Assembly: GCA_963762565.1 (NCBI GenBank)
Contig: CAVXLD010000001.1
Location: 106,498-170,497 of the forward strand
Length of the DNA: 64,000 bases
Direction: 5' to 3'
From: an uncultured Verrucomicrobiae bacterium
GTDB lineage: Bacteria > Verrucomicrobiota > Verrucomicrobiia > Chthoniobacterales > JAFAMB01
Of the stretch, positions 53,215 through 62,270 are shown piece by piece; the first letter of the stretch is position 1, and the number at the start of each line of letters is the position of its first letter. The position numbers and the translations under genes were made by a program. Below the pieces are notes generated by a model, which worked only from the letters and a program-made list of their open reading frames with translations, was not told the DNA's origin and did no database searches.

Positions 53215-53264
53215 GGAAGGGATCGGATCCTCGCGATCAGGAAGGGATCGGATCCTCGCGATCA
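53215..53264. repeat. Perfect 25-bp tandem duplication
   Basis: ggaagggatcggatcctcgcgatca at 53215-53239 and again at 53240-53264. Confidence 0.9.
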
Positions 53265-53396
53265 GTTTGGTGTCGGACCGAGGATGTGATGTAATCTCGG
53301 ACGAAATTACGCCTTGGGCTTTGGCATGTCCCCGCGGCGCGCGGGGATCCTCCGTCGCTAAAGCTATGGCGGACAGGCAGCGCGCTCTCCCCTTTT

Positions 53397-53421
53397 AGCG
53401 GCCTCGGTGAACGAGGCCGCT
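53397..53421. terminator. Possible bidirectional terminator hairpin between convergent folE2 and the YXWGXW gene
   Basis: agcggcctcg-gtgaa-cgaggccgct, a perfect 10-bp GC-rich stem. The T-run lies 5' of the stem on the plus strand, so it is not a canonical U-tail. Confidence 0.4.
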
Positions 53422-53448
53422 CCACGCAAGTGTCTAAGCTAAAGCTGG

Positions 53449-54447
53449 CTAGTCTTGTTTCTTTTCTTTGTCCTTGTTTTCACCCTTCCCTTCGGGTTTA
53501 GCCTTCTGTTCCGCTGGCTTGGCGTTGGTCTCGTGGTGTTCCTTCTGAGTCTCAGCTTTTGGCCTCTCTTCGCGTTTCTCCTGAGCAGCAGCCTCTTTGC
53601 CCTTGCCTTCTACTTTATTTGTTTCTTCTCTGGCTTTTGCGGCCGGCCCGTTACCCTTGGTCGTCTCCTCTTTGGTCCCCTGCTCTTTGGTTGTTTCTTG
53701 TTTGTTTGTTTCTTGTTTAGTCGCCTCTTTGCGCTCCTCTCCCGGAGTCGCCGCGTGGTTCGCTTCTTCGCTGGCTCCTACTTTAGTGACGGCTGTCTTG
53801 GTCGGGTTGCCCTTATTGACAGAGAAGCGTTGGTTTTGGTCGTGAAGCGCTGTGTCTTCGTGAGTACGCTGCTCCTGCGTCGCCTCTAGATGTTGTTCAT
53901 GGGCGGCAGCTTCTTCTTGGGCCGTCGGTTTGGCTTCGATGCCTCCGGGGCCATTGAAGCTGACCCGGTTGACCGTAACATTCCTAATCACCGTCCGGTC
54001 AACGTAGGTGTTGTGAACGACCGTCGTATTCACATGCCAAACGGCGGTGTTACAGAGAAATCTGCCACCTTCCCATCTGCCCCCAACGAAACCGGTTCCA
54101 AAATAACCGAACCCATAGTTAACACCACCGTAGAAGCCGAGATGAAGCCCCCAATACCCGGCATTCCAACCGTAATGTCCTCCTACGAAGCCCCAGTAAC
54201 CTGGCGTCCAAAGATATCCAGGCTGCGGTGCTAAGACCCAGACGCCGGGAACCCAATAATAGTCGTCCTCTCCGTAAGCCCAGTAACCCGGAGTCCAAAT
54301 GTAGCCGTCCCCAGGGCAGAGCGGCTGGTCGAAAACCGGAAGCGGAGGAGGTGCGATCGTGATCGAAATATCTGCTGAGGCGAGCGAGGGCGTCATGCCC
54401 AGCAGTAACGCAAGTAGGATGAATCTAACTCTGATGAACTTCAGCAT
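53449..54447 (-). CDS. Secreted YXWGXW-repeat protein with Lys/Glu/Thr-rich C-terminal tail
   Basis: Signal peptide MLKFIRVRFILLALLLGMTPSLASA. YIWTPGYWAY, YYWVPGVW, YLWTPGYWGF repeats. Tail KEETTKG...KPEGKGENKDKEKKQD. Confidence 0.8.
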   Translation of the reverse strand: MLKFIRVRFILLALLLGMTPSLASADISITIAPPPLPVFDQPLCPGDGYIWTPGYWAYGEDDYYWVPGVWVLAPQPGYLWTPGYWGFVGGHYGWNAGYWGLHLGFYGGVNYGFGYFGTGFVGGRWEGGRFLCNTAVWHVNTTVVHNTYVDRTVIRNVTVNRVSFNGPGGIEAKPTAQEEAAAHEQHLEATQEQRTHEDTALHDQNQRFSVNKGNPTKTAVTKVGASEEANHAATPGEERKEATKQETNKQETTKEQGTKEETTKGNGPAAKAREETNKVEGKGKEAAAQEKREERPKAETQKEHHETNAKPAEQKAKPEGKGENKDKEKKQD

Positions 54448-54744
54448 ATTGTAGGGAGTATTTGTGTCAGGTAATCGTGGTTTGCGGGCCAACCTCGACA
54501 CGGCTTAAGCCGGCCAACGCAAGCGTTTTATCACAAGCTCAACTGTGAGGGCCGATCCGACAGAAAGCGGGGCTGTTCACTGTCTAAACCTAGACCACTA
54601 CATTGATGCTAGGCAGGTATCACCTGCTGTTCCATTAAACCAAAGCAACCATCGATGGTTGCGCAATTCAAAACGGAAAAAGTTTGGGGCGCAATCCGCA
54701 ATAACAGCGGTCGCGCCCCAAGAACTGATATCAGTTGAGGTTAC

Positions 54745-55689
54745 TTACTTCTTCTTGTCTTTGTCCCCACCGCCCTTTTTTGGAGGTGCGCCGCCGCCGT
54801 GATGCTCCGGGGCTTTATTAGTGGTGTGATGCTCGGGGGGGTTGCTAGTGGTGTGGTGCTCGGTGGTATGATGTTCGGTAGTACCATGGTGTTCGGTAGT
54901 ACCATGGTGCTCGGTAGTTCCATGATGCTCGGTAGTTCCATGATGCTCCGTAGTTGCATGCTCGTTCCCGTGATGCTCGGCGCCATGTCCACCGGTAGTC
55001 TCTTTATGTTCCTCCTCGTGAGCCGTCTTCGTCTGGGCCGATTTTCCAGGGTTACCTTTGTTCTCCGAGAACTTTTGGTTATGGTCGTGGAGCGCGTCAT
55101 TATGATGAGCTAGTTGCTCCCCTGTTGGCCCACGATGCGCCTCGTGGTCGAACTTTTCCTCCTCAGCTGTCGGTTTCCGGTCGATTCCGCCGGGTCCGTT
55201 AAAGCTAGCTCGGTTATTCGCCTCTACCCACGAATGGTTAGCGTAAGTATTGTGAATCCCGGCGCCGACATGCCAGCAGGCGCTATTATAAAAGAAATGG
55301 CCGCCTTCCCAATGGCCACCCCAGAACCCGGTTCCGAAATAACCAAATCCATAGTTAATTCCGCCGTAGAATCCGACGTGAGGTCCCCAATAACCGACGT
55401 GCCAAAAGTAGCCTCCATTACCCCAGCCCCACCACCCTGGAGTCCAAAGGAATCCGATCGTCGGCGGCAGTATCCACACGCCAGGGACCCAATAATAGTC
55501 GTCGTCTCCCCAGCCCCAATATCCAGGGCTCCACAAGTATCCATCCCCAGGGCAGGGCGGTTGATCGTAGACCGGGATTGGGGGAGGCGCGACTGTAATC
55601 GATACGTCCGCTGAGGCGAGCAAAGGTGTAAAACCTAGCAGGCCGGCAAACAGCATTAGGTGCACTCGTTTAGTAACGAACTTCAACAT
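54745..55689 (-). CDS. Secreted YXWGXW-repeat protein paralogue with His-rich TTEHHG-repeat tail
   Basis: Signal peptide MLKFVTKRVHLMLFAGLLGFTPLLASA. The Trp/Gly/Tyr-rich core is collinear with the neighbour. The tail is HGAEHHGNEHATTEHHGTTEHHGTTEHHGTTEHHGTTEHHTTEHH. Confidence 0.8.
   Translation of the reverse strand: MLKFVTKRVHLMLFAGLLGFTPLLASADVSITVAPPPIPVYDQPPCPGDGYLWSPGYWGWGDDDYYWVPGVWILPPTIGFLWTPGWWGWGNGGYFWHVGYWGPHVGFYGGINYGFGYFGTGFWGGHWEGGHFFYNSACWHVGAGIHNTYANHSWVEANNRASFNGPGGIDRKPTAEEEKFDHEAHRGPTGEQLAHHNDALHDHNQKFSENKGNPGKSAQTKTAHEEEHKETTGGHGAEHHGNEHATTEHHGTTEHHGTTEHHGTTEHHGTTEHHTTEHHTTSNPPEHHTTNKAPEHHGGGAPPKKGGGDKDKKK
54869..54958. repeat. Five tandem 18-bp coding repeats (HHGTTE units)
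   Basis: atgatgttcggtagtacc / atggtgttcggtagtacc / atggtgctcggtagttcc / atgatgctcggtagttcc / atgatgctccgtagttgc. Confidence 0.85.
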
Positions 55690-55929
55690 AAGATGAACTG
55701 CGATTGTATCAGGCGCCGCACGTTCTCCACGCGACCAAACGGCCACGTCGATGAACGTCAGCATTTGTAAAAAGATCGATCTACAGGCCAATCCCAGAGA
55801 GAGCGGGGTGATATCTGGTAAGACCGGAGAGAGATCTTAAGGATTTAATAGGTTCACCTATTAAACTCGCTAACATGCGACTAGTTGCGCAGGTCGAACA
55901 CGTTGGAATAGCTCGGCGGTGCGTTCCAA

Positions 55930-56026
55930 GTAAGCAGTAAGCAGTAAGCAGTGCTCAGCAATCAGTCGCGCGGCTGATTGAGCAGCACGCCGTTACCGAT
56001 CACTGCTTACCGCTTACCGCTCACTT
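55930..56026. repeat. V-word hairpin cassette (GTAAGCA heptamers vs complement)
   Basis: gtaagcagtaagcagtaagcagtg (55930-53) pairs with cactgcttaccgcttaccgctcactt (56001-26). Confidence 0.8.
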
Positions 56027-56082
56027 ATGGCGCTGGCGAGACCAGGGCTTTAAACCATCCACTTTCTTTGAACGTGAATGGA

Positions 56083-57663
56083 CTAGTCATAGCGCTTCAA
56101 GCGGCTCCAAATCTCCGACAGATTCCGGCGTAATCCGCGGCAGATAAAAATCGGCCGCGCGTTTTCGTAAGGCATTGCATACGGCACGCCGAATTTTCCT
56201 ACGACCTCGACCGAATCACAACCCCGTCGCCAGCGATTCGGATCACCGTTGATGTGTATAATGGTGCTCCCATCATAACCACGGGCGCCCCAAAGAAAGT
56301 ACTGATTTTGTCCGCATAACGCGGGCGGCAATCCGTCCTGTTGACCGTACACGTCCAAAGCGGCTGCTTCTCCGTAATCGACCGCCAGAATGGCCGTTCG
56401 AGAGCGCTCATCGGCGGGCAACGAATGATAGATAGAAGCCACCTGTTTCTCCATGGCTCGCCAACCGAGCTCGTCCGAGAACAGTTGGGTAAGCGGAGCC
56501 CCGACACCCGCGGCCTCTGAGGGCGGTGGAGCAAGGTGAGTAAAATCCAGATAACTCGCCAACACCGGTGGATCCAGGATCGGCAACACGATCGGAGCAC
56601 AGATTAAAGACACGATTAGTGCGGCCATTACCCAGATTGTTCGGAGGATGGGCCCAATCCGCGCCATCATCACTGCACCCACGGCAAACAGCGAGGGGTA
56701 AACCGGGAAGAGATAATAGCTTTTCCCATGAGCGAGGAACACCAGGATGCTTGCCCCGATCAGTCCAACAGACAGAAACCGGGCCGGTTTTAGCGGCGTC
56801 CAAAAGAACGGGACTACGACTCCGGTGATCCATAACGGCGCCAAAAGAATATTCATCTCGAAGACCTGAATAATCTCGAAGCGAATTGGTGATCCCGTCA
56901 GATTCGCACCGGTCGATAAATGATTCGCATGCACTTCAAAAAAGGGCCACCCGTGAAGCGCTTGCCAGATCAGGCTGGGTAGGGCCACGAGGACGGCAAT
57001 CAAGGCTCCAAGCCAAAGTGCCGGCCGGGCCAGGATCCACCGGGCAGAGGTCAGGAGAACACCGACCGCGAGTGGGACTAACCAAAATGCGATCCCGTAT
57101 TTTGCTTCCATGGCCAGACCAGCGACAAGCCCAGCCCAGATGAACGCCCGCCGGTCCTCTTTGATGACCGCCCGAGCAAGAAAATAGGCAAACGCGGTCC
57201 AAGCGATCGGTTCGAAAGTTGGAGTGGTGGTTGTGGTCGTGAGAGCGACGAGCGCGGGAGCGATGCCGGCAGCCAACCCGGCAATCCAAGCGGCAGTCGA
57301 ATTACCTCCTAGCAGCCTGGCGAAAGAAGCCGTCAGCAGAACTAGTCCGGCCGCCGCTGCCACTGCTGGTAAACGCAATAGCCATGGGTTGTCGCCAAAG
57401 AGTTGCGTAGTAGCAGCTAATAGCGGAACCAGCGGGGGCTGATCGACGTATCCAAAGTCTGGATGCCTTCCGCAAACGATGAAATAAAGCTCATTTCGGA
57501 AAATGTCGTAACGGCCGGCAACAGCCAGATGAACCAGCCCAATAACAAGTGCGATCAGCCACTCGACTGGAAACGCCGTCAGCGTCGTGAACGCCGACGA
57601 CGGCTTCTGATGGCGCTCGGTTCCTTGGTCTACCGAGGAGCCTGCTTGTCCTTTACTTCTCAT
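56083..57663 (-). CDS. GT39/ArnT-like (PMT_2) membrane glycosyltransferase
   Basis: 526 aa, polytopic. N-terminal loop NELYFIVCGRHPDFGYVDQPPLVPLLA is typical of the ArnT/PMT_2 family. Overlaps the marR stop by 4 nt. Confidence 0.85.
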   Translation of the reverse strand: MRSKGQAGSSVDQGTERHQKPSSAFTTLTAFPVEWLIALVIGLVHLAVAGRYDIFRNELYFIVCGRHPDFGYVDQPPLVPLLAATTQLFGDNPWLLRLPAVAAAAGLVLLTASFARLLGGNSTAAWIAGLAAGIAPALVALTTTTTTPTFEPIAWTAFAYFLARAVIKEDRRAFIWAGLVAGLAMEAKYGIAFWLVPLAVGVLLTSARWILARPALWLGALIAVLVALPSLIWQALHGWPFFEVHANHLSTGANLTGSPIRFEIIQVFEMNILLAPLWITGVVVPFFWTPLKPARFLSVGLIGASILVFLAHGKSYYLFPVYPSLFAVGAVMMARIGPILRTIWVMAALIVSLICAPIVLPILDPPVLASYLDFTHLAPPPSEAAGVGAPLTQLFSDELGWRAMEKQVASIYHSLPADERSRTAILAVDYGEAAALDVYGQQDGLPPALCGQNQYFLWGARGYDGSTIIHINGDPNRWRRGCDSVEVVGKFGVPYAMPYENARPIFICRGLRRNLSEIWSRLKRYD

Positions 57664-58145
57664 CCCTCGAGGCCAGGATCCGGTGCGACCGGTACATCAG
57701 CATCGGCCAATTGGCGCATGAGTTGAGCAGCAAGGCGCAGAAGCTCTCTCTCAACTGGGGTTAAGATGGACGACATTGCGGTGGCCAGCCAAGTTGCCTG
57801 CCGGCGGGCGTCATTCCTGAGCAAGTCTTCACCCAGCGCGGTGATCTCAGTTAACGATTGGCGGCGATCGACCAGGTCTGGGCGTCGAACGATCAAATTG
57901 CTTTCTTCAAGGTCGGTCAGGGTTCGGGTCAATGACTGCGGTTGTACGCGTTCCTTGGCCGCTAAAGCTGTAACCGTCAAAGGCCCGCTCAGAGCGAGGC
58001 GACCTAAGACACTGAGCTTTGATGGACTGAGACCGTGACTCATCCGTTCGGCCCGCAATCGTCGATAAAGCTGGGTAGCGCCTCGGCGAAGGGCGCGGGC
58101 GGCGGCCATGGTTTCCTCGGGTTCGGACAGAGATTGGGCAGGCAT
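57660..58145 (-). CDS. MarR family transcriptional regulator
   Basis: Winged HTH LSPSKLSVLGRLALSGPLTVTALAAKERVQPQSLTRTLTDLEESNLIVRRPDLVDRRQ. Confidence 0.88.
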   Translation of the reverse strand: MPAQSLSEPEETMAAARALRRGATQLYRRLRAERMSHGLSPSKLSVLGRLALSGPLTVTALAAKERVQPQSLTRTLTDLEESNLIVRRPDLVDRRQSLTEITALGEDLLRNDARRQATWLATAMSSILTPVERELLRLAAQLMRQLADADVPVAPDPGLEG

Positions 58146-58148
58146 TAT

Positions 58149-58170
58149 TTACTAAGCTATAGCTTAGTAA
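58149..58170. promoter_or_regulatory. Perfect 22-bp palindrome, probable MarR operator
   Basis: ttactaagctatagcttagtaa lies 4 bp upstream of the marR start. The core aagctatagctt recurs at 58285-58296. Confidence 0.55.
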
Positions 58171-58300
58171 TTTCTGGGTGGCAAACGGTTAAATCTACAT
58201 GGCATACCAGCAGGCGTATGACGGATAGGACTTATGGGACCAATGGGACTTATGGGAGCGGCAGGGAAGCGCGCCACTTTTATTAAGCTATAGCTTTACT

Positions 58301-58462
58301 TTAGGTCACGGTTCTAGCGGAATCGTCTTCCTCATCCCGCACCTTGTAATACACGATCTCCGAGTCATTCGGATCCAGGTTATGAATCATGCCACTCGGC
58401 ATGAAACCGGCCTTGGCGAATAACGCCTGCATCGGCTCGTTGCTCGTGCGAGCAACATCTTT
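58301..58462 (-). pseudogene. GNAT acetyltransferase C-terminal remnant
   Basis: KDVARTSNEPMQALFAKAGFMPSGMIHNLDPNDSEIVYYKVRDEEDD is bounded upstream by an in-frame TAG. Only the last roughly 50 residues of a GNAT fold remain. Confidence 0.4.
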
Positions 58463-58505
58463 CTAGGCTAGGCAATTCAAAGACTAACCGCTACTCTTCA
58501 CGTTC

Positions 58506-60164
58506 GTGAAGACTAGCACCTCGATTTGGTCTTCTTTGCGTAATCCGGTCTACCTGCGAGTTTGGACGGCTTTGGTAGTATCAGGATGCTGTGTCACAGC
58601 TCAGGACACGGCCGCGACCTGGGCTATGAACTCAAAGGGAGCCTCCGCGCTCTTGCTTTCGATGATGTCGAGCGCCAGCACTCTCCCTTTTTTTCTCTTC
58701 ACACTTCCGGCCGGCGCACTCGGCGATTTGATGGATCGACGGCGACTGCTGCAGGTTTTCAGCTGTTGGTTATCAGTCAGCGCCGCCCTGCTAGCCGTCT
58801 GCGCGTTCCTGAATAAATTAAGCCCGGAAATTATCCTTGCCGGCGTATTCTTGCTCGGAATCGGCTTTGCTTTTCAGGCTCCCGTGTCCTCGGCTGCGAT
58901 CCCGGAAATTGTAGGAAAGGAAGACCTCCCTTCGGCAACAGCACTTGGGGGAGTTCAAATGAATTTATCCGGGATCATCGGGCCAGCCATTGGCGGTCTA
59001 TTAGTGCCGCTGGTCGGCGTAAGCGGTGTATTCAGTATAAACGCCGCCGCATTTCTTCTCGTGCTTCTGGCGATCAGTAGCTGGCCCCGCAAAAAAAACC
59101 CGATCCAAGCTCAACTGGAAAGCTTCTCCGATTCAGTGATCGGCGCATTCCGTTTTATGAAGTATGCGCCCGGTGTCCGAGTTATTCTACTGCGAAATCT
59201 ACTGTTCGGCATCTTGATCGGTGCGACGCCGGCGTTGTTGCCCGTGGTCGGGCTGAAGGCGCTTCATTTCGATTCATTACACTTGGGGTTTGTGTTCACC
59301 TGCATGGGAATCGGTTCATTAACAGGCGCCATTGTGATTCTCGAACCCGCCAGAAAAAGGCTAAGACCGAACCAGATGACTCTGTTAACCGGCCTTGTTT
59401 TAGCCATTAGCTACGCCTTGATGGCGGTGGTACGAAATCCACAGATTTTTCTTGTGGTGGCCGCGATAGCGGGCGCCGCTTGGACGATTTCCGCTTCCGA
59501 GCTTTGGGTTGCAGGTCAACGGGTCATACCCGATTGGATCCGAGGCCGGCTCAACGCTACGCAGATGATGGTGTCTCAAGGAGGCGTTGCATTAGCCGGT
59601 ATTCTTTGGGGAGCCTTAGCAACCGTGCTCGGCATACAGTGGGCCCTGATCTGCGCGAGCATCATGGGAATCGCTAGCGCGCTCGCCGCGAAACTTTTAT
59701 CCATCGATTTTTCAGCGTCGGTCAACCTGGACCCTCACCCGTTGCCCACTCTCGGACCCTTGCCTTATTTACCGCAGGCAAACGATGGTCCGATCACGAC
59801 CGCAATGGAGATCGAGGTCGCGCCGGAAAACCATGTCCGCTTTTTCCGCCTGATGATCCAACTGCGCCTGGTCTTTATGCGAAACGGCGCCTTTAACGCT
59901 CGCTTGGACCAGGACATGACAAATCCAAATCGATTTCGCCTGTACTCGATGGTGAAGTCCTGGTCAGAATTTCAGAAGCTTGGCGAACGCATCACCCGGG
60001 ATGAACATGTGCTCTGGGCCGAACTCTGGACCTTGCATGTGGGGACGGAAGCACCGACGGCGAAACGTTACCTCGGCATTCAACAATGGACCGCGCCAGA
60101 TTCTTTAGCCACGCGGCTGAAACCTATCTCCAATTTTGCGCCTTCGGGCGAAGAGAGGAGCTAG
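58506..60164 (+). CDS. MFS transporter (former DUF894 / enterobactin-exporter-like) with about 140-aa C-terminal soluble extension
   Basis: SLRNPVYLRVWTALVVSGCCVTAQDTAATWAM, 12 predicted TM helices. The stop TAG lies inside a GGAGCTAGGAGG word. Confidence 0.85.
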   Translation: MKTSTSIWSSLRNPVYLRVWTALVVSGCCVTAQDTAATWAMNSKGASALLLSMMSSASTLPFFLFTLPAGALGDLMDRRRLLQVFSCWLSVSAALLAVCAFLNKLSPEIILAGVFLLGIGFAFQAPVSSAAIPEIVGKEDLPSATALGGVQMNLSGIIGPAIGGLLVPLVGVSGVFSINAAAFLLVLLAISSWPRKKNPIQAQLESFSDSVIGAFRFMKYAPGVRVILLRNLLFGILIGATPALLPVVGLKALHFDSLHLGFVFTCMGIGSLTGAIVILEPARKRLRPNQMTLLTGLVLAISYALMAVVRNPQIFLVVAAIAGAAWTISASELWVAGQRVIPDWIRGRLNATQMMVSQGGVALAGILWGALATVLGIQWALICASIMGIASALAAKLLSIDFSASVNLDPHPLPTLGPLPYLPQANDGPITTAMEIEVAPENHVRFFRLMIQLRLVFMRNGAFNARLDQDMTNPNRFRLYSMVKSWSEFQKLGERITRDEHVLWAELWTLHVGTEAPTAKRYLGIQQWTAPDSLATRLKPISNFAPSGEERS

Positions 60165-60242
60165 GAGGAAGTGTATGGGCGTGTGGGCGTATCGGCGTGT
60201 CGGCGATGTGAGCGCTGAAGGCGCGATAGACTCGGAAATTCA

Positions 60243-60913
60243 TCACTGGCGGTTATCGATCCAGAGCACTCGATAGACTAGATTCGGTTCGCGGAAATGC
60301 GGGCGCTCGGAACGACCCGCAATGGTGAATCCCCAGGATGTAATCAGCTGCTCTGTCGATGGTTCTCGGGACGGATCCTCGCCGCGGGTTTTTGCTTCAT
60401 TGAATGTCCCGATGATAAGGCGGCCGCCCGAGATCACGACGTGTTGCTGCGACTTTCGGTTTCTCGTTGAGATTTGAGTAGCCGCCCGATTAGGTCCGAT
60501 TGCCTTTTTGGTGGAACGTATTCCAAACCAGTCCTGACAAAATCATAACGGCGGGGCGGATTCCAATCGATCGCGTTACCTAGAAACAGACGCTCCCTCC
60601 ATTGCGGTAACCGCTGCCGCGCTAGCTCAATCAATTCCGGTGAAAAATCCAGGCCGTACGGTTCGATGCGATAACCCTTCGCCGAAACCCAGTCGAAAAG
60701 GCACTCAAGTAAAAAGCCATTGGCGCATCCGATATCCAAGAACGCTCCATCACGATCAACACTGTCGGCGATTAGGCCACGAGCTTGTGTCCAATGGTCC
60801 TGGTCTCCACTATGGCCGGATTGGGCTCTCGGATTACCACCTGAGAGATACGCTACGGTCAGCCTCGCACGGTTTTCCCGGTACCAAGCGGCATCATCCA
60901 TTCCGTCTGCCAT
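60243..60913 (-). pseudogene. Class I SAM-dependent methyltransferase split into two ORFs (frameshift or GTGA-coupled split)
   Basis: 60434-60913 carries motif I FLDIGCANGFLLE and ends ...LIGRLLKSQRETESRSNTS. 60243-60437 continues in another frame as VISGGRLIIGTFNE (post-II/III region). Together they make one fold. Confidence 0.5.
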
Positions 60914-60963
60914 AGCATTATCGCTGGGAAAACTGTTTTAGTACTTGCTCGGGATTCAAGCTA

Positions 60964-61265
60964 ATGAAAATCACGATGAACAACGACGAACTTCGCGCGC
61001 TCAATCAAAACGGAAAATCTATCAGATTGCCTGGGTCACCCGGGACCTAGAAAAGAGCATGAGAGCTTGGGTGGAAAACCTGAAAATCGGGCCTTGGACG
61101 GTGCTCACATTCACTGACCAATCGCTCAAGTACCTTGAGGTCGACGACAAACCGGTTACTGCGCCTTTCAAGTTCTTGATCGGGATTTCCTGGATCGGCG
61201 GCGAGAGAACACTTAGCCGCTACAAAAAGAAACCTAACCGCAGATTAACGCAGATTTACGCTTAA
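60964..61265 (+). pseudogene. VOC (glyoxalase/dioxygenase-fold) family fragment, frameshifted and truncated by a T-word cassette
   Basis: MKITMNNDELRALNQNGK shifts frame in the run ggaaaatc into IYQIAWVTRDLEKSMRAWVENLKIGPWTVL. Homology stops at ISWIG, where the cgcagatt repeats begin. Confidence 0.45.
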
Positions 61266-61441
61266 AGACAATAAGACCACGAACGGACTCGAATGTTAAC
61301 AACCGGTTCACGGAGCGCGGAGAGGCCATTATTATCTCTCTAGCTTACCCTTTTCTCAATCGGCTTGCCGAAAACTCGTGTCAATTCGTGTGCATTCGCG
61401 GTTTATTCCAAATCTGCGTCAATCTGCGTTCATCTGCGGTT
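61236..61441. repeat. T-word cassette (CGCAGATTN units inverted around about 148-nt core)
   Basis: aaccgcagattaacgcagatttacgc (61236-61261) pairs with aaatctgcgtcaatctgcgttcatctgcggtt (61410-61441). Confidence 0.85.
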
Positions 61442-61464
61442 CGTCTCTTTTGGCCCGCAGCAGT

Positions 61465-62241
61465 CTAGCGCGGCGTCCAGACAGCGGGCCACGTCGATCC
61501 CACTTGAGTGAACCCATATTTCGCCAGAATTGGCCGGCTGGTTGGAAGGGCGTCAACCCGCAGGTAGTGTGTTGATTTGAATTCCTTAGCCCGCGCGATC
61601 CGAGCCGACAAAAGAGCCCGATAAACTCCGCGGCCACGAAATTCATCGAGCACGCTACCGCCCCATAGCCCGGCAAACTGGGTTTGGGAGGAAGCAGTCA
61701 CTCGCCCCATACCAGCCGGCTTTTCATTCACATAGGCGATGAAGGCAAGATCCCGCCGGAGCGGGTCATTTTGATTGAACCGAAGTAACTCACCTGTGGT
61801 AAAAGATGCTCCCCAAATCTCCGTTTCAAGCTGAAGGAAACACTCGATCGCGCGCTCGTCATTGACCGGTCTAACGGTGATGCCTGCCGGGAACGGCGCC
61901 ACTAGACTTGGCGGCAGGGCCTCTAAATCCAGAATCATGAGCGCTTCTTCTGTTCCTATCGCGAACCCCCGTTGACGCAACCGTTCAAGCAAATCAGCCG
62001 GTTCATCGTGACGGTAAACCTTCCATTCAAAAGTTCGCGCCAACTTGTTGAAATAGTCGATCTCGGAGTCGATGATTTTTACCGATTCTTCAGCGGAGAA
62101 GTTCGAATAGACGATAGCGTTACGGTTCCCGAGTTTGGCGATCCCGCGGACCACACCCTGCGTCCTTTCCAATGTGGTGTCTGGGTCAGGTATCGTCTGC
62201 CGCTCGGTGTCAAGACACGACAATATTTCTAGGTAGTTCAT
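61465..62241 (-). CDS. GNAT family N-acetyltransferase
   Basis: 258 aa. Acetyl-CoA motif A LDEFRGRGVYRALLSARIARA. C-terminal ILAKYGF. Confidence 0.85.
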   Translation of the reverse strand: MNYLEILSCLDTERQTIPDPDTTLERTQGVVRGIAKLGNRNAIVYSNFSAEESVKIIDSEIDYFNKLARTFEWKVYRHDEPADLLERLRQRGFAIGTEEALMILDLEALPPSLVAPFPAGITVRPVNDERAIECFLQLETEIWGASFTTGELLRFNQNDPLRRDLAFIAYVNEKPAGMGRVTASSQTQFAGLWGGSVLDEFRGRGVYRALLSARIARAKEFKSTHYLRVDALPTSRPILAKYGFTQVGSTWPAVWTPR

Positions 62242-62270
62242 CGGTGGTTGTACGGCTCGTCTAGGGTATC

